Origin: Gammaproteobacteria bacterium
GTDB lineage: Bacteria > Pseudomonadota > Gammaproteobacteria > Steroidobacterales > Steroidobacteraceae
Length of the DNA: 64,000 bases
Assembly (NCBI GenBank): GCA_028870355.1
Contig: JAGWPU010000075.1
Coordinates: 2,350-66,349 of the forward strand
Reading direction: 5' to 3'
Part shown: in pieces, positions 55,405 to 64,000 of the stretch
How the letters are laid out: each line of letters starts with the position of its first letter
Position numbering within the stretch: the first letter of the stretch is position 1
The notes under the pieces: generated by a model
What the model saw: only the letters and a program-made list of their open reading frames with translations
Databases searched by the model: none
What the model was told of the DNA's origin: nothing
Translations under genes and position numbers: made by a program

Positions 55405-56012
55405 CCGACGAGGCATCGACGGGAACGATTCCGCCAGCCACGCCGGAGCGCCGGGCGCGCGCGGTCACCCCGGCGACGCTGTTCCTCGCATTCTCGCAGA
55501 TGGCGCTGTCCGGCTTCGGCGGAGTGATGCCGTTCGCGTACCGCGCGATCGTCGAGCGGCGGCGCTGGTACACGCCGGCGGAGTTCGCGGAGATGCTCGC
55601 CTTCGGCCAGGTGCTGCCGGGGCCGAGCATCTGCAACGTCGCGGTGATGATCGGCTGGAAACGGTGCGGGCTCGGCGGCGCGCTCGCAGCGCTCGCCGGG
55701 ATGCTGCTCGGGCCCTCGGTCGCCGTGGTGCTGCTCGGCGCGCTGTACGAGCACTTCGAGAGCGTCCCGCGCGTCGAGCACGCACTCGGCGGGATGTCCG
55801 CCGTCGCGGCCGGCTTGATCATCGCGACCGCGATCAACATGGGCATCGGCTTGTTCCGCGACCGGACGGCGCCGAAGGCATTCCCCCGGATGCAGGCGAC
55901 GCTCCTCGCGCTCGCATTCGTCGCCGTCGGGATCGCCCACTGGCCGATGCTGGGGGTGATCGGCGCCCTCGGCCCGCTCGCGATCCTGCTGGCGTGGTGG
56001 CGCCGCGCATGA
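55401..56012 (+). CDS. Chromate ion transporter (CHR) family, short-chain half 1
   Basis: Full ORF, 203 aa. LSGFGGVMPFAYRAIVERRRWYTPAEFAEMLAFGQVLPGPS is typical of CHR. ATGA overlap with the MarC gene. Confidence 0.85.
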   Translation: MTDEASTGTIPPATPERRARAVTPATLFLAFSQMALSGFGGVMPFAYRAIVERRRWYTPAEFAEMLAFGQVLPGPSICNVAVMIGWKRCGLGGALAALAGMLLGPSVAVVLLGALYEHFESVPRVEHALGGMSAVAAGLIIATAINMGIGLFRDRTAPKAFPRMQATLLALAFVAVGIAHWPMLGVIGALGPLAILLAWWRRA

Positions 56013-56557
56013 TCGGGGGGGCGGATCGCCACGGGTCACCACTCTGGCCACTCGTCGTCCAGCTCGCGATGCTGTCGATGACGGCGATCGGCGGCGGCAT
56101 CGTGATGCTCGCACCCGACGTGCATCGCATCGTCGTCGAGGCGCATCCCTGGATCAGCGATCAGCAATTCGCGGCCGCCTATGCGATCGCACAGGCGGCA
56201 CCCGGCCCGAACATGCTGTACGTGACCCTGATCGGCTGGCAGATCGCCGGGTTCGCCGGCGCAGCGCTCGCGACGCTCGCGGTCGTCGTGCCGCCGGTCG
56301 TGCTGATGCTGATCCTGCTGAGGATCGGTCATCGGCGCTCGCCCGGCACGCTCGGCCGCACGATACGCGCGGGAGTCGCGCCACTGTCGGTCGGGATGCT
56401 GCTCGCCGCCGGATGGATTCTGGCGCGCGCGAGCGACACGGATTGGCGCAGCGGCCTCGTCACGGCGGCGACCGCGTTGATCATGCTCCGCACGCGCATC
56501 AACCCGATCTGGCTGATCGGCGCGGGCGCGCTGCTCGGCGTCGCAGGATTCGCCTGA
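56009..56557 (+). CDS. Chromate ion transporter (CHR) family, short-chain half 2
   Basis: 182 aa from MIGGADRHGS in ORF 55664..56557. TAIGGGIVMLAPDVHRIVVEAHPWISDQQFAAAYAIAQAAPGPN. ATGA overlap with half 1. Confidence 0.85.
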   Translation: MIGGADRHGSPLWPLVVQLAMLSMTAIGGGIVMLAPDVHRIVVEAHPWISDQQFAAAYAIAQAAPGPNMLYVTLIGWQIAGFAGAALATLAVVVPPVVLMLILLRIGHRRSPGTLGRTIRAGVAPLSVGMLLAAGWILARASDTDWRSGLVTAATALIMLRTRINPIWLIGAGALLGVAGFA

Positions 56558-56568
56558 CGGAGCGATCG

Positions 56569-57927
56569 ATGACGGAATCCTCTTCCACGACCCTGGGGCA
56601 CGCCGCGGCCGAACTCGCCAGCGGCCGGACGACGAGCCGCGCGCTGGTCGAGGAGTGCCTCGCGCGCATCGACGATCCCCGCGGCGAGGGAGCGCGAACG
56701 TTCCTGCGCGTCGACGCCGCCGCAGCCCGGACAGCCGCGGACCACGTCGACGCGGCACGACGCCGCGGCACCGCGTTGCCCCGGTACGCCGGGATCCCGA
56801 TTTCCGTCAAGGATCTGTTCGACGTCGCGGGCGAGACCACGACCGCCGGCTCCATCGTGCTGAAGGACGCAGCGCCGGCCACCCGCGACGCCACCGTGGT
56901 CGCACGGCTGCGCGCGGCCGGATTCCTGCTGATCGGGCGCACCAACATGACCGAGTTCGCGTACTCCGGACTCGGCGTGAACCCGCATTACGGGACGCCA
57001 CGCAACCCCTGGGACCGACCGTCGCATCGAATCCCCGGCGGCTCTTCCTCGGGCGCGGCCGTCTCGGTCGCCGATCGAATGGCGTTCGCCGGCATCGGTA
57101 CCGATACCGGCGGCTCGTGTCGGATCCCCGCAGCGTTCTGCGGGCTGGTCGGCTTCAAGCCGACGGCGCATCGAATCCCGCGGGACGGCGTCTATCCGCT
57201 GTCCGTCACGCTCGACTCGGTTGGTCCGATCACGACGACGGTCGCGTGTTGCGCGGCGATCGATGCAGTCCTCGCCGGCGAGCCCGACGAGCCGCTCGTG
57301 GCCCCGCCGATCGATCGGCTGCGCTTCGCGGTGCCCGAGGCCCACGTGCTCGCGGACCTGAGCGCTCCCGTCGCCGCGGCGTTCGAACGAGCGCTGCAGC
57401 GTACGTCCGCGCGGGGAGCACGGATCGAGCGGATCCGCATTCCGATGATCGACGAGATCCCCGATCTGAACCGCGCCGGCGGATTTTCCGCACCGGAAGC
57501 CTTCGCCGAGCACCGGCGGCGCCTCGCCGTCGATGCCGCGCGATACGATCCCCGGGTACTCACGCGGATCCTGCGCGGTCGGGACATGAGCGCCGCCGAC
57601 TATCTCGAGCTGCACCGCCGCCGGCACGAATTGATCGCGAACTTGCGCCCGGTTCTCGCGCCCTACGATGCACTGCTGATGCCGACCGTTCCGATCGTCG
57701 CACCGCCGCTCGACGCGCTCGCCGCCGACGAGGACTACGCGCGCATCAACGCGCAGGCGCTGCGCAACACGAGCATCGTGAATTTCATCGACGGCTGCGC
57801 GATCTCCCTGCCCTGCCACGACCCCGGAGAGCCTCCGGTCGGCCTCAGCCTGTTCGCGAGCGGCAACACGGACCGTCGCGTGCTCGCCGCCGCCGCGAGC
57901 CTCGAGGCCGAACGAACCTCGCGCTGA
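56569..57927 (+). CDS. Amidase-signature family amidase
   Basis: Starts at Met53 of ORF 56413..57927. GGAG lies 6 nt upstream. GIPISVKDLF, GGSSSGAAVSVA and GTDTGGSCRIPA. Confidence 0.9.
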   Translation: MTESSSTTLGHAAAELASGRTTSRALVEECLARIDDPRGEGARTFLRVDAAAARTAADHVDAARRRGTALPRYAGIPISVKDLFDVAGETTTAGSIVLKDAAPATRDATVVARLRAAGFLLIGRTNMTEFAYSGLGVNPHYGTPRNPWDRPSHRIPGGSSSGAAVSVADRMAFAGIGTDTGGSCRIPAAFCGLVGFKPTAHRIPRDGVYPLSVTLDSVGPITTTVACCAAIDAVLAGEPDEPLVAPPIDRLRFAVPEAHVLADLSAPVAAAFERALQRTSARGARIERIRIPMIDEIPDLNRAGGFSAPEAFAEHRRRLAVDAARYDPRVLTRILRGRDMSAADYLELHRRRHELIANLRPVLAPYDALLMPTVPIVAPPLDALAADEDYARINAQALRNTSIVNFIDGCAISLPCHDPGEPPVGLSLFASGNTDRRVLAAAASLEAERTSR

Positions 57928-57945
57928 GGCTCCTGCGGTGGCGGC

Positions 57946-59979
57946 TCAGGACGCCGGATCGTATCGCTCGACCCAGTCGATCATCCGCGTGGCCATGTCC
58001 TTCAGGAAGCTCGGCCGAGTGAACACGTGGTGCTGGTCCGGGTAGACGACGAGGCGTGCCGGCACGCCGAGGGTCCGCAGCGACTCGTACATCTGCTCGC
58101 CGCCGATGATCGGCACGTTGAAGTCCTTGGTCCCGCCCATGAACAAGGTCGGCGTGTGGATCCGGTTCGCGTGGAAGAACGGATAGGACACCTTGAGCCA
58201 GAGCGCCGTGTTCTGCCATGGCGCGCCGAGCTCATTGAGGTACTGCAGCACGTACTCGTCGCTGCCGAAGGTGGCGATCTGATCGGCGCTGCCGGCGCCG
58301 CAGATCGCGACCTTGAATCGCGGATCGCGCGCGATCGTGGCATCGGTCAGGATGCCGCCGTAGCTCCAGCCACCGATCGCTAGTCGCTTCGGGTCGGCGA
58401 TCCCGCGCCGCTCGAGCGCATCGACGCCGGCGAGCAGGTCCTTGACCTCCTTGTCGCCCCAATCGGCGAAGATCGACTTCGCGAACGCGATTCCGCGTCC
58501 GCTGCCGCCGCGATAATTGACGCGCAGCACGACGTAGCCGCGCGCCGCGAACATCTGCGGCTCGAACTGGTAGCCGTCGAGCACGAACGAGTGTTCGTCC
58601 TGTCCGTTCGGGCCCCCGTGGATCCACAGCAGCAGCGGATACCGCCGCCCCGGGACGTACCCCGGCGGCTCGACCATCAGGCCGTGAATGTCGTGCTGGC
58701 CGCTCTTGAACGCGACGTCCTCGACCGCCCCGAGACGCAGCCCGGCGAGGAACGCGGCGTTCTGCCGGCTGAGCGGACGCAACCGCCCCCGATCGAGGGC
58801 GTAGACTTCGGTGAGCGTGTGATCATCCGTGTAGAGCACCGCGGTGTGGCCCGCGGTCTCGACCAAGGAGGTCACGACGTAGGGGCCGGGCGGCGCCAAT
58901 CGACGGATTCTGCCGTTCGCGAGATCGATCATCGCCGGGTATTCGGTCCGATCGTCCTCGACCGTGATCTCGACGCCCTGGCCATCGGGCGTGAACGCAT
59001 ACGACATCACCGCCCGATCGAGGCCCGGCGCGAGCGCACGGGCCGGGCCGCCGGCGACCGGCACCGAGTACAGGTGATCCTGCATGTACGCGTAATACTT
59101 GAGCGCAAGTCCCTGCGTGAACGCGATCCGCGAGCCGTCCGGGCTCCACGCGAGATGCTGCTGGTTCGGCGCGTAGGGTCGGATCAACTCGTGGGGCCGT
59201 GCCCCGGGATGGGCGCCGATGAGTTCGATCGCCTCGCGTCCGTCACGATCCGCGCCGTGTTCGCGCGTACGCACGAATGCGATCCTTCGTCCGTCCGGCG
59301 ACCACACCGGGTCGGTGTCGTTCACGTGCGCGCCCTGGGTCAACGGCACGAGGCGCCGATCCGCGAGGTCGACGAGGTACAGGTGCCAGGTACGGCCTTC
59401 GCCGAGGTAGCCGAGATCGTCGTCCTTGAAGTGCAGCGCATCGATCACGGCGGGCTTGCCCTCGCCGAGCGGATCGACGGGCTCCATCGACAGCACCAGC
59501 TGCTTGCCGTCGGGCGACCACGCGTAGTCGCCGATCTCCTGATCGACCTGGGTCAGCGCGATCGCATTGCCCCCGCGGCGATCGAGCAGCATGACCTGGG
59601 CCGTCTTGGCCCCGGGCGGCTGCGCGAGGTACGCGAGATAGCGTCCGTCGGGACTCCAGCGCGGCGCCGAGGTCTCGGCGCCCGGCGCGGTCAGCGCCAG
59701 CCGCTCGTGACCGTCCCAGCTCACCATCCAGATCGAACTGAGCGCCTGGTCGCTCGCGCGGTCGTTCGCGGTCACCACGTAGGCGACCCAGTGACCGTGC
59801 GGCGACACGCGCGGATCGCTGACCGCGACCGCCCGGTAGAAATCGTCCGGCGAGAGCGTACGCCGCGTCGCCGCCGGTGCCGCCGGTGCCGCCGGTGCCG
59901 CGGCTCCCGCGGCGTGGGCGGCAAGCACGAGCGCACCGAGCGACAGCGACCCCCACAGGCTCTTCGATCGCGACGTCAT
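57946..59979 (-). CDS. Secreted S9-family serine peptidase (beta-propeller plus alpha/beta-hydrolase domain)
   Basis: Starts at Met13 of ORF 57946..60015. It has a signal peptide. The N-terminal propeller has WSPDG repeats. Nucleophile motif IGGWSYGG. It starts 13 nt after the TBDR3 stop. Confidence 0.85.
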   Translation of the reverse strand: MTSRSKSLWGSLSLGALVLAAHAAGAAAPAAPAAPAATRRTLSPDDFYRAVAVSDPRVSPHGHWVAYVVTANDRASDQALSSIWMVSWDGHERLALTAPGAETSAPRWSPDGRYLAYLAQPPGAKTAQVMLLDRRGGNAIALTQVDQEIGDYAWSPDGKQLVLSMEPVDPLGEGKPAVIDALHFKDDDLGYLGEGRTWHLYLVDLADRRLVPLTQGAHVNDTDPVWSPDGRRIAFVRTREHGADRDGREAIELIGAHPGARPHELIRPYAPNQQHLAWSPDGSRIAFTQGLALKYYAYMQDHLYSVPVAGGPARALAPGLDRAVMSYAFTPDGQGVEITVEDDRTEYPAMIDLANGRIRRLAPPGPYVVTSLVETAGHTAVLYTDDHTLTEVYALDRGRLRPLSRQNAAFLAGLRLGAVEDVAFKSGQHDIHGLMVEPPGYVPGRRYPLLLWIHGGPNGQDEHSFVLDGYQFEPQMFAARGYVVLRVNYRGGSGRGIAFAKSIFADWGDKEVKDLLAGVDALERRGIADPKRLAIGGWSYGGILTDATIARDPRFKVAICGAGSADQIATFGSDEYVLQYLNELGAPWQNTALWLKVSYPFFHANRIHTPTLFMGGTKDFNVPIIGGEQMYESLRTLGVPARLVVYPDQHHVFTRPSFLKDMATRMIDWVERYDPAS

Positions 59980-59992
59980 GCGCACCCCGCGA

Positions 59993-62506
59993 TCACTCGC
60001 CACCGGGAGCACCACCCCAGCGGTAGCTCACGCGCAGTCCGAACACGCGGGGCTCGTTGCGAGTCTGACGCAGGTCGAAATTCCCCTCGTTCGTGTAGAT
60101 CACCGCGTTCTTGTTGGTGAGATTCGTGATGTAGAACTCGGTCAGCCAATGCGAGTGCGTCTGCTGCAGGCCGATGCGCAGGTTCATGATCGAGTAGCCC
60201 GGCTGCAGTACGCGCGGCAGCCCGTTGCTGCCCGAAGTCTGCAGGTCGTTCCACATGTCGCCCTTGTGCGAGAGGTCGTACTGCACGTACCAGTGCAGCG
60301 GCCCGCCACCCGGGAGCGGCCGTTCGTAACGCGCATTCGCGCTGTAGCTGAAGTACGGATCGTACGGCAGGCGCTCGCCGGGCGTGACAGCGAAGCTCGC
60401 GTTCTGGAAGTTGTTGGTCTGCATCCGCGCGTCGTTGTAGCTCGCCGACGCGCCGAGGCTCAGGAACCGCGTGACGTTGTAATTGACGTTCGTCTCCATG
60501 CCGTAGACGCGCGCGTTGCCGACGTTCGCATTGAAGCTGCTGGACGGGCACAGCGAGGGGTCGAACACGCTCGTCTGGAGCTGCTTCCACGGCATGTAAT
60601 AGACCGCGCCGTTCCACAGCAAGTGATTCTCGAGCCAGGTCGTCTTCCAGCCGAGCTCGTAGTTCGTCAGCGTGTCCGGGACGTACCGCGGCGGCACGCC
60701 CGCCTTGTAACAGGCCGTCGGTATGCCGCCGTTGACGCCGCCGTCGCGGAATCCCTGCGCCGCATCCGCGTAGACCATCGCACTCTTCGTCAGCTGATAG
60801 CTGATCCCGACCTTGCTGTCCCACTTGCTTCCGGTCCCGCCCCCGTACGCGCTCGGCGACTGCGGCGCGTACCAGAAGCCGCCATAGGTCGACGTGAAGA
60901 AATGCGAGTGGAAATGCACGGTCCCCGCCTCGACGCGCAGCTTCGGCGTGATTTCGAAGCTCACGTCGAGGTACTCGGTCGTCTGCAGATAATCGGTCCG
61001 GGTGTCGTAGCTGTACCAGTCGTCGGGCTTCGGCGGCACCGCGCCCTGGTTGTAGTAATACGCGGTGATCGCCTGCCACGCCTGGCCCGAGGTCTGCAGG
61101 CCCGGCATGTGATAGTAATTCGAGACCATGTTCTTGGTCTTCTCCCAGTACGCGCCGACCATCCAGTGGAAGCGCCCGCCGGGTTTCGATTGCAGCCGCA
61201 ACTCGTCCGACCACCGATAGGTGTTGTCGCGATAATCGTAGTACTGGATCGGCGGGTTGCAGCCACTGAAGCCGTTCGCACCACCGCTGTTGATCGGGTC
61301 GGTCAGGCAGGTGTACGCCTGCTGGGTCGAGGCGTTGAAGTACGCGTCCGGCGGGTTTGCGTACTGGTTCAAGTACTGCATGTACTCGGAGTACTCGTTC
61401 ACCCAGCGGTCGTTCTGTGCCCAGTAGGTGCTCGCGAACACGAGATCCCCGATCCCGACGTCGCCGTCGAGATGGAAATCCGCCATCTTCGCGTAGTACT
61501 GCTTGAATTCCGGACCGAAGCGCACGACCGTGTTCGGCGGCAGCGGGCGCGCCGGCCCGTCGACGAGTGCGCCCAGGTAGTTCACCGCGCTGCCGATCGT
61601 CGGATCCTCGTCCCAGGCGCCATGCGTGAGTTGTCGCTGATACCCGTAGGTCAGCGTCGCCTTCCAGCCGTCCGCGATCTTCTGGCCGAACGCGATCCGC
61701 CCGCCGGTCACCCGCTCGACGTTGTAGTTCTTGCCCGCCCAGGCCGCGTTGTTCGACACCGAGCCGTTCACCCAGGTCCGGGTCGTCAGTTGATTGGTGA
61801 TGAAGCCGCCGTGGTAGACGCTGAACGCGGACAGCCGGATCGCCGACCACCCGTCGACGATCGGCAGGTTCACGAATCCCTCGACCGTGCCGTTGTGGGT
61901 CCCGCCGTCGATCTTCCCGCCGTCGAGGTCGATGCCGGCGCCGAAGGCGTTCGGGTTCGGCTTGTTCGTGATGAAACGGATCGCGCCCGCCATCGCGCCG
62001 GCGCCGAACGTCGTGCCTTGCGGTCCGTTCAGCACCTCGATCCGCTGGATGTCGTACAGATGCAGATCGGGCGTCGTTCCGTAGTAGTTCATCGACATGT
62101 CGTCGACGAGATATCCGGTCGTCGCCTCGTTCGCATAGTTCGGGTTGCTGCCGTCCGAGACGCCGCGCATCACGAAGGTCTGCGTACCGGGGCCCGCGCT
62201 CACGAACGAGATCGACGGCGTGCGGCTCGCGTAGTCCTCGAACTGCGCGATCGCGAGATTCTTCAGATCCTTGCCGGTGAACACGTCGATGCTGATCGGC
62301 ACCTTCTGCAGATTCTCGGCGCGTTTTTGCGCGGTCACGACGATTTCCTGCAGCGTCGAACTCCCATCCGCCAGCGAGGCCGCGTGCACCGCGGTCGCCG
62401 GGATCGCTGCGCCACCGGACAACGCGGCGGCGATCGCGAGTGCGAGCTTCGGATAGGACCGGACCGTCGTCGCGGATCGAATTTCGCGCGTTCGCATCGT
62501 TTTCAT
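59993..62506 (-). CDS. TonB-dependent outer-membrane receptor (pair 3)
   Basis: ORF 59993..62557. The start is taken at Met18 (MKTMRTREIR); Met21 at 62497 and Met1 at 62557 are alternatives. EIVVTAQKRAENLQKVPIS, RIEVLNGPQGTTFGAG and IRFITNKP. The C-terminus is RVSYRW followed by the seven extra residues GGAPGGE. Confidence 0.85.
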   Translation of the reverse strand: MKTMRTREIRSATTVRSYPKLALAIAAALSGGAAIPATAVHAASLADGSSTLQEIVVTAQKRAENLQKVPISIDVFTGKDLKNLAIAQFEDYASRTPSISFVSAGPGTQTFVMRGVSDGSNPNYANEATTGYLVDDMSMNYYGTTPDLHLYDIQRIEVLNGPQGTTFGAGAMAGAIRFITNKPNPNAFGAGIDLDGGKIDGGTHNGTVEGFVNLPIVDGWSAIRLSAFSVYHGGFITNQLTTRTWVNGSVSNNAAWAGKNYNVERVTGGRIAFGQKIADGWKATLTYGYQRQLTHGAWDEDPTIGSAVNYLGALVDGPARPLPPNTVVRFGPEFKQYYAKMADFHLDGDVGIGDLVFASTYWAQNDRWVNEYSEYMQYLNQYANPPDAYFNASTQQAYTCLTDPINSGGANGFSGCNPPIQYYDYRDNTYRWSDELRLQSKPGGRFHWMVGAYWEKTKNMVSNYYHMPGLQTSGQAWQAITAYYYNQGAVPPKPDDWYSYDTRTDYLQTTEYLDVSFEITPKLRVEAGTVHFHSHFFTSTYGGFWYAPQSPSAYGGGTGSKWDSKVGISYQLTKSAMVYADAAQGFRDGGVNGGIPTACYKAGVPPRYVPDTLTNYELGWKTTWLENHLLWNGAVYYMPWKQLQTSVFDPSLCPSSSFNANVGNARVYGMETNVNYNVTRFLSLGASASYNDARMQTNNFQNASFAVTPGERLPYDPYFSYSANARYERPLPGGGPLHWYVQYDLSHKGDMWNDLQTSGSNGLPRVLQPGYSIMNLRIGLQQTHSHWLTEFYITNLTNKNAVIYTNEGNFDLRQTRNEPRVFGLRVSYRWGGAPGGE

Positions 62507-62577
62507 CCCCTGCTCGTTGTTCGCCCGGCGACTCGCACCGGTCGCTGATCGGGCCATGCTCCTACCCTTCGCGGCGG

Positions 62578-62585
62578 CTTGTCAA
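62578..62585 (-). promoter_or_regulatory. TTGACAAG (perfect -35 hexamer) about 74 nt upstream of TBDR3
   Basis: Read on the minus strand in the sulfotransferase 3 / TBDR3 gap. No convincing -10 was found. The same octamer occurs at 41477..41484. Confidence 0.2.
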
Positions 62586-62672
62586 TGTCGGGCGGTATCG
62601 GTGTGCGCCTGCCGGCCTTGTGCGCTAATCGCACACTCGCTCGTCGACACGCGCGCGGCGAACGCCGCCGGA

Positions 62673-64000
62673 TCATTCCTCGCGATCGAAGCGCTCGAGG
62701 CCATCGCCGAGTGCGCGTCGCAGCGGGTCGAGCGCAAACTCGAAGTGCTTCCAGTACCCGACGCCGGAGGCGTACAAGGGCTGCCGAACCTGCTCGGCGC
62801 TCGCCGTGCGCACCGCACGCTTCGTCTCGTGGAACTCGAGACACGCGGGCTCGAACTCGAGACCGCAGTGCGCGAGCAGTCGACGGATCTGTCGCTCCGG
62901 GTCCCGCACCAGATGCTCGTAGCGCAGATGCAGGACCTTCCCCGGCAGCACCGCGTCCCAGTGGTCCATCAATTCGAGGTAGCAACGGTAATACCGCCCG
63001 AGATCCTCGAGGTCGTAACTGAAGCTCTGCCCTTCGGCGAAGTGCTGCTTGAAGGTGCTGAAGCACGCGTCCATCGGATGCCGGCGCACGTCGATGATCG
63101 TTGCCTGCGGCAGCATGCAGTGGATGAGCCCCGCGTGGCTGAAGTTGTTCGGCATCTTGTCGATGAACCGCGGCCGGCCGCTGCGCAACGGCCGCGTCTC
63201 CTCGACGTAGCGCCGGCCGAGTTCCGCGAAACGCTCGCGCGGGACCGAACGCAGGACCTCGGGGTAGGCGTCGTGCGCGGCGTCGGCGTGGTCGAACTCG
63301 CGCACGATCGCGAGCACGTTCGGCAGCTCGAACGTCCCTTCGACGGCCGAATGACTCGCGAGGATCTGCTCGACGAGCGTCGAGCCGGAACGCGGCAGGC
63401 CGACGACGAAGATCGGCGCCGGGTCCTCGTACCCCGCGCCGGCGCGCTCGGCAAGGAACGCGGCATCGAAGCACTCGCGTACCCGGCGCGTCTTCCCCTC
63501 GAACACCCGGATGTCGTACGCGATCGTCTGGCGCCGCCGGCGATTGCCGGCGGCATAGTGCTCGAACGCGCTCGGGTAGTCCCGCCGGTGCTCGAACGCC
63601 CGTCCGAGCGCGAACCGCAGGTGCGCCTGATCGACGTCGTCGCCATCGTCCCGGATCAGCGCCTGCATCGACGCGATCTCGGCATCGCTGAACACGTAGG
63701 TCTTGAGGTCCGCGAGCGCCCAGTACACCTCGCCCATCGCCGGCGCCCGCGCGAGGCATTCGCGGTACGCCGCCTCGCACGCCTGCCGATTCCCCAGGGT
63801 CTTGTGCAGGTGCCCGATCGACAGCCGCAGGCGCACCTCGCCGGGATTCAGGCGTGCCGCCTCCTCGAACGCGGCGAGCGCCTCGGGCTGGCGCATCATC
63901 CGCGTGTACACGTTGCCGAGCTGCACCCAGTTCTTCGGATTCTCCGGTTCGATCAACAGCAGGCGCCGGAGCGAGCGTTCGGCGTCGCCCAGGCGTCCGA
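62673..64000 (-). CDS. TPR-repeat protein with C-terminal PAPS-type sulfotransferase domain (pair 3), N-terminus outside window
   Basis: The ORF track starts at TTG 63956, but the frame stays open to nt 64000 and still reads TPR-like sequence (GRLGDAERSLRRLLL-IEPENPKNW). GLPRSGSTLVEQILASHS, IDKMPNNF, IDVRRHPMDACFS and VRTASAEQVRQPLY. Confidence 0.85.
   Translation of the reverse strand, partial: GRLGDAERSLRRLLLIEPENPKNWVQLGNVYTRMMRQPEALAAFEEAARLNPGEVRLRLSIGHLHKTLGNRQACEAAYRECLARAPAMGEVYWALADLKTYVFSDAEIASMQALIRDDGDDVDQAHLRFALGRAFEHRRDYPSAFEHYAAGNRRRRQTIAYDIRVFEGKTRRVRECFDAAFLAERAGAGYEDPAPIFVVGLPRSGSTLVEQILASHSAVEGTFELPNVLAIVREFDHADAAHDAYPEVLRSVPRERFAELGRRYVEETRPLRSGRPRFIDKMPNNFSHAGLIHCMLPQATIIDVRRHPMDACFSTFKQHFAEGQSFSYDLEDLGRYYRCYLELMDHWDAVLPGKVLHLRYEHLVRDPERQIRRLLAHCGLEFEPACLEFHETKRAVRTASAEQVRQPLYASGVGYWKHFEFALDPLRRALGDGLERFDREE

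Overview
This is a GC-rich (about 70% G+C by eye, not computed), densely coding segment of proteobacterial type. I support about 48 protein genes. I saw no rRNA or tRNA genes, CRISPR arrays, transposases or integrases. CDS coordinates come from the supplied ORF track. Internal starts were set by counting residues. Small motif coordinates were read by eye and may be off by 1-2 nt.

Gene content in order:
- 1-5.4 kb: partial EamA transporter with an apparent frameshift, an exported metallophosphoesterase, an NCS2 permease, and a divergent cytochrome P450 / 2Fe-2S ferredoxin pair.
- 5.6-16.2 kb, plus strand: TonB-dependent receptor (TBDR), TPR-sulfotransferase, and the 2-aminoethylphosphonate genes phnX-W-S-T-U-V.
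- 16.2-19 kb: an RcnR-type repressor and CDF metal exporter operon, facing an OprB-family porin across a 78-bp region that contains a 22-bp palindrome.
- 19-22.8 kb: aromatic amino-acid decarboxylase, an FmdB-like small protein, and a second non-canonical U32 (UbiV-like/UbiU-like) pair.
- 22.8-29 kb: BI-1/YccA, a ClC channel, ppsA and a beta-CASP hydrolase.
- 29-36.6 kb: an orphan Rieske petA, a P3A-like P-type ATPase, a sortilin/BNR propeller protein and a PanE-like reductase.
- 36.7-41.4 kb: a second sulfotransferase-TBDR pair.
- 41.6-48 kb: a dimethylformamidase-like protein, an NCS1 permease, a TauE/SafE exporter, a DUF4019 protein and a ThDP enzyme.
- 48-50.7 kb: canonical ubiT-ubiU-ubiV.
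- 50.8-60 kb: S10 peptidase, DUF3422 protein, exported methyltransferase, MarC, a split chromate transporter, an amidase and an S9 peptidase.
- 60-64 kb: a third sulfotransferase-TBDR pair, whose sulfotransferase runs off the window.

Main leads:
1. The TBDR + cytoplasmic TPR-sulfotransferase module occurs three times as diverged paralogues.
2. A Pho-box-like direct repeat lies ahead of the TBDR-sulfotransferase-phn string.
3. A second Fe-S U32 pair sits next to a PLP decarboxylase, in addition to ubiTUV.
4. The Ni/Co-type repressor operator fills the spacer of both candidate divergent promoters, including the porin promoter.

All functional calls rest on motif and family recognition from memory. 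No database search was possible.
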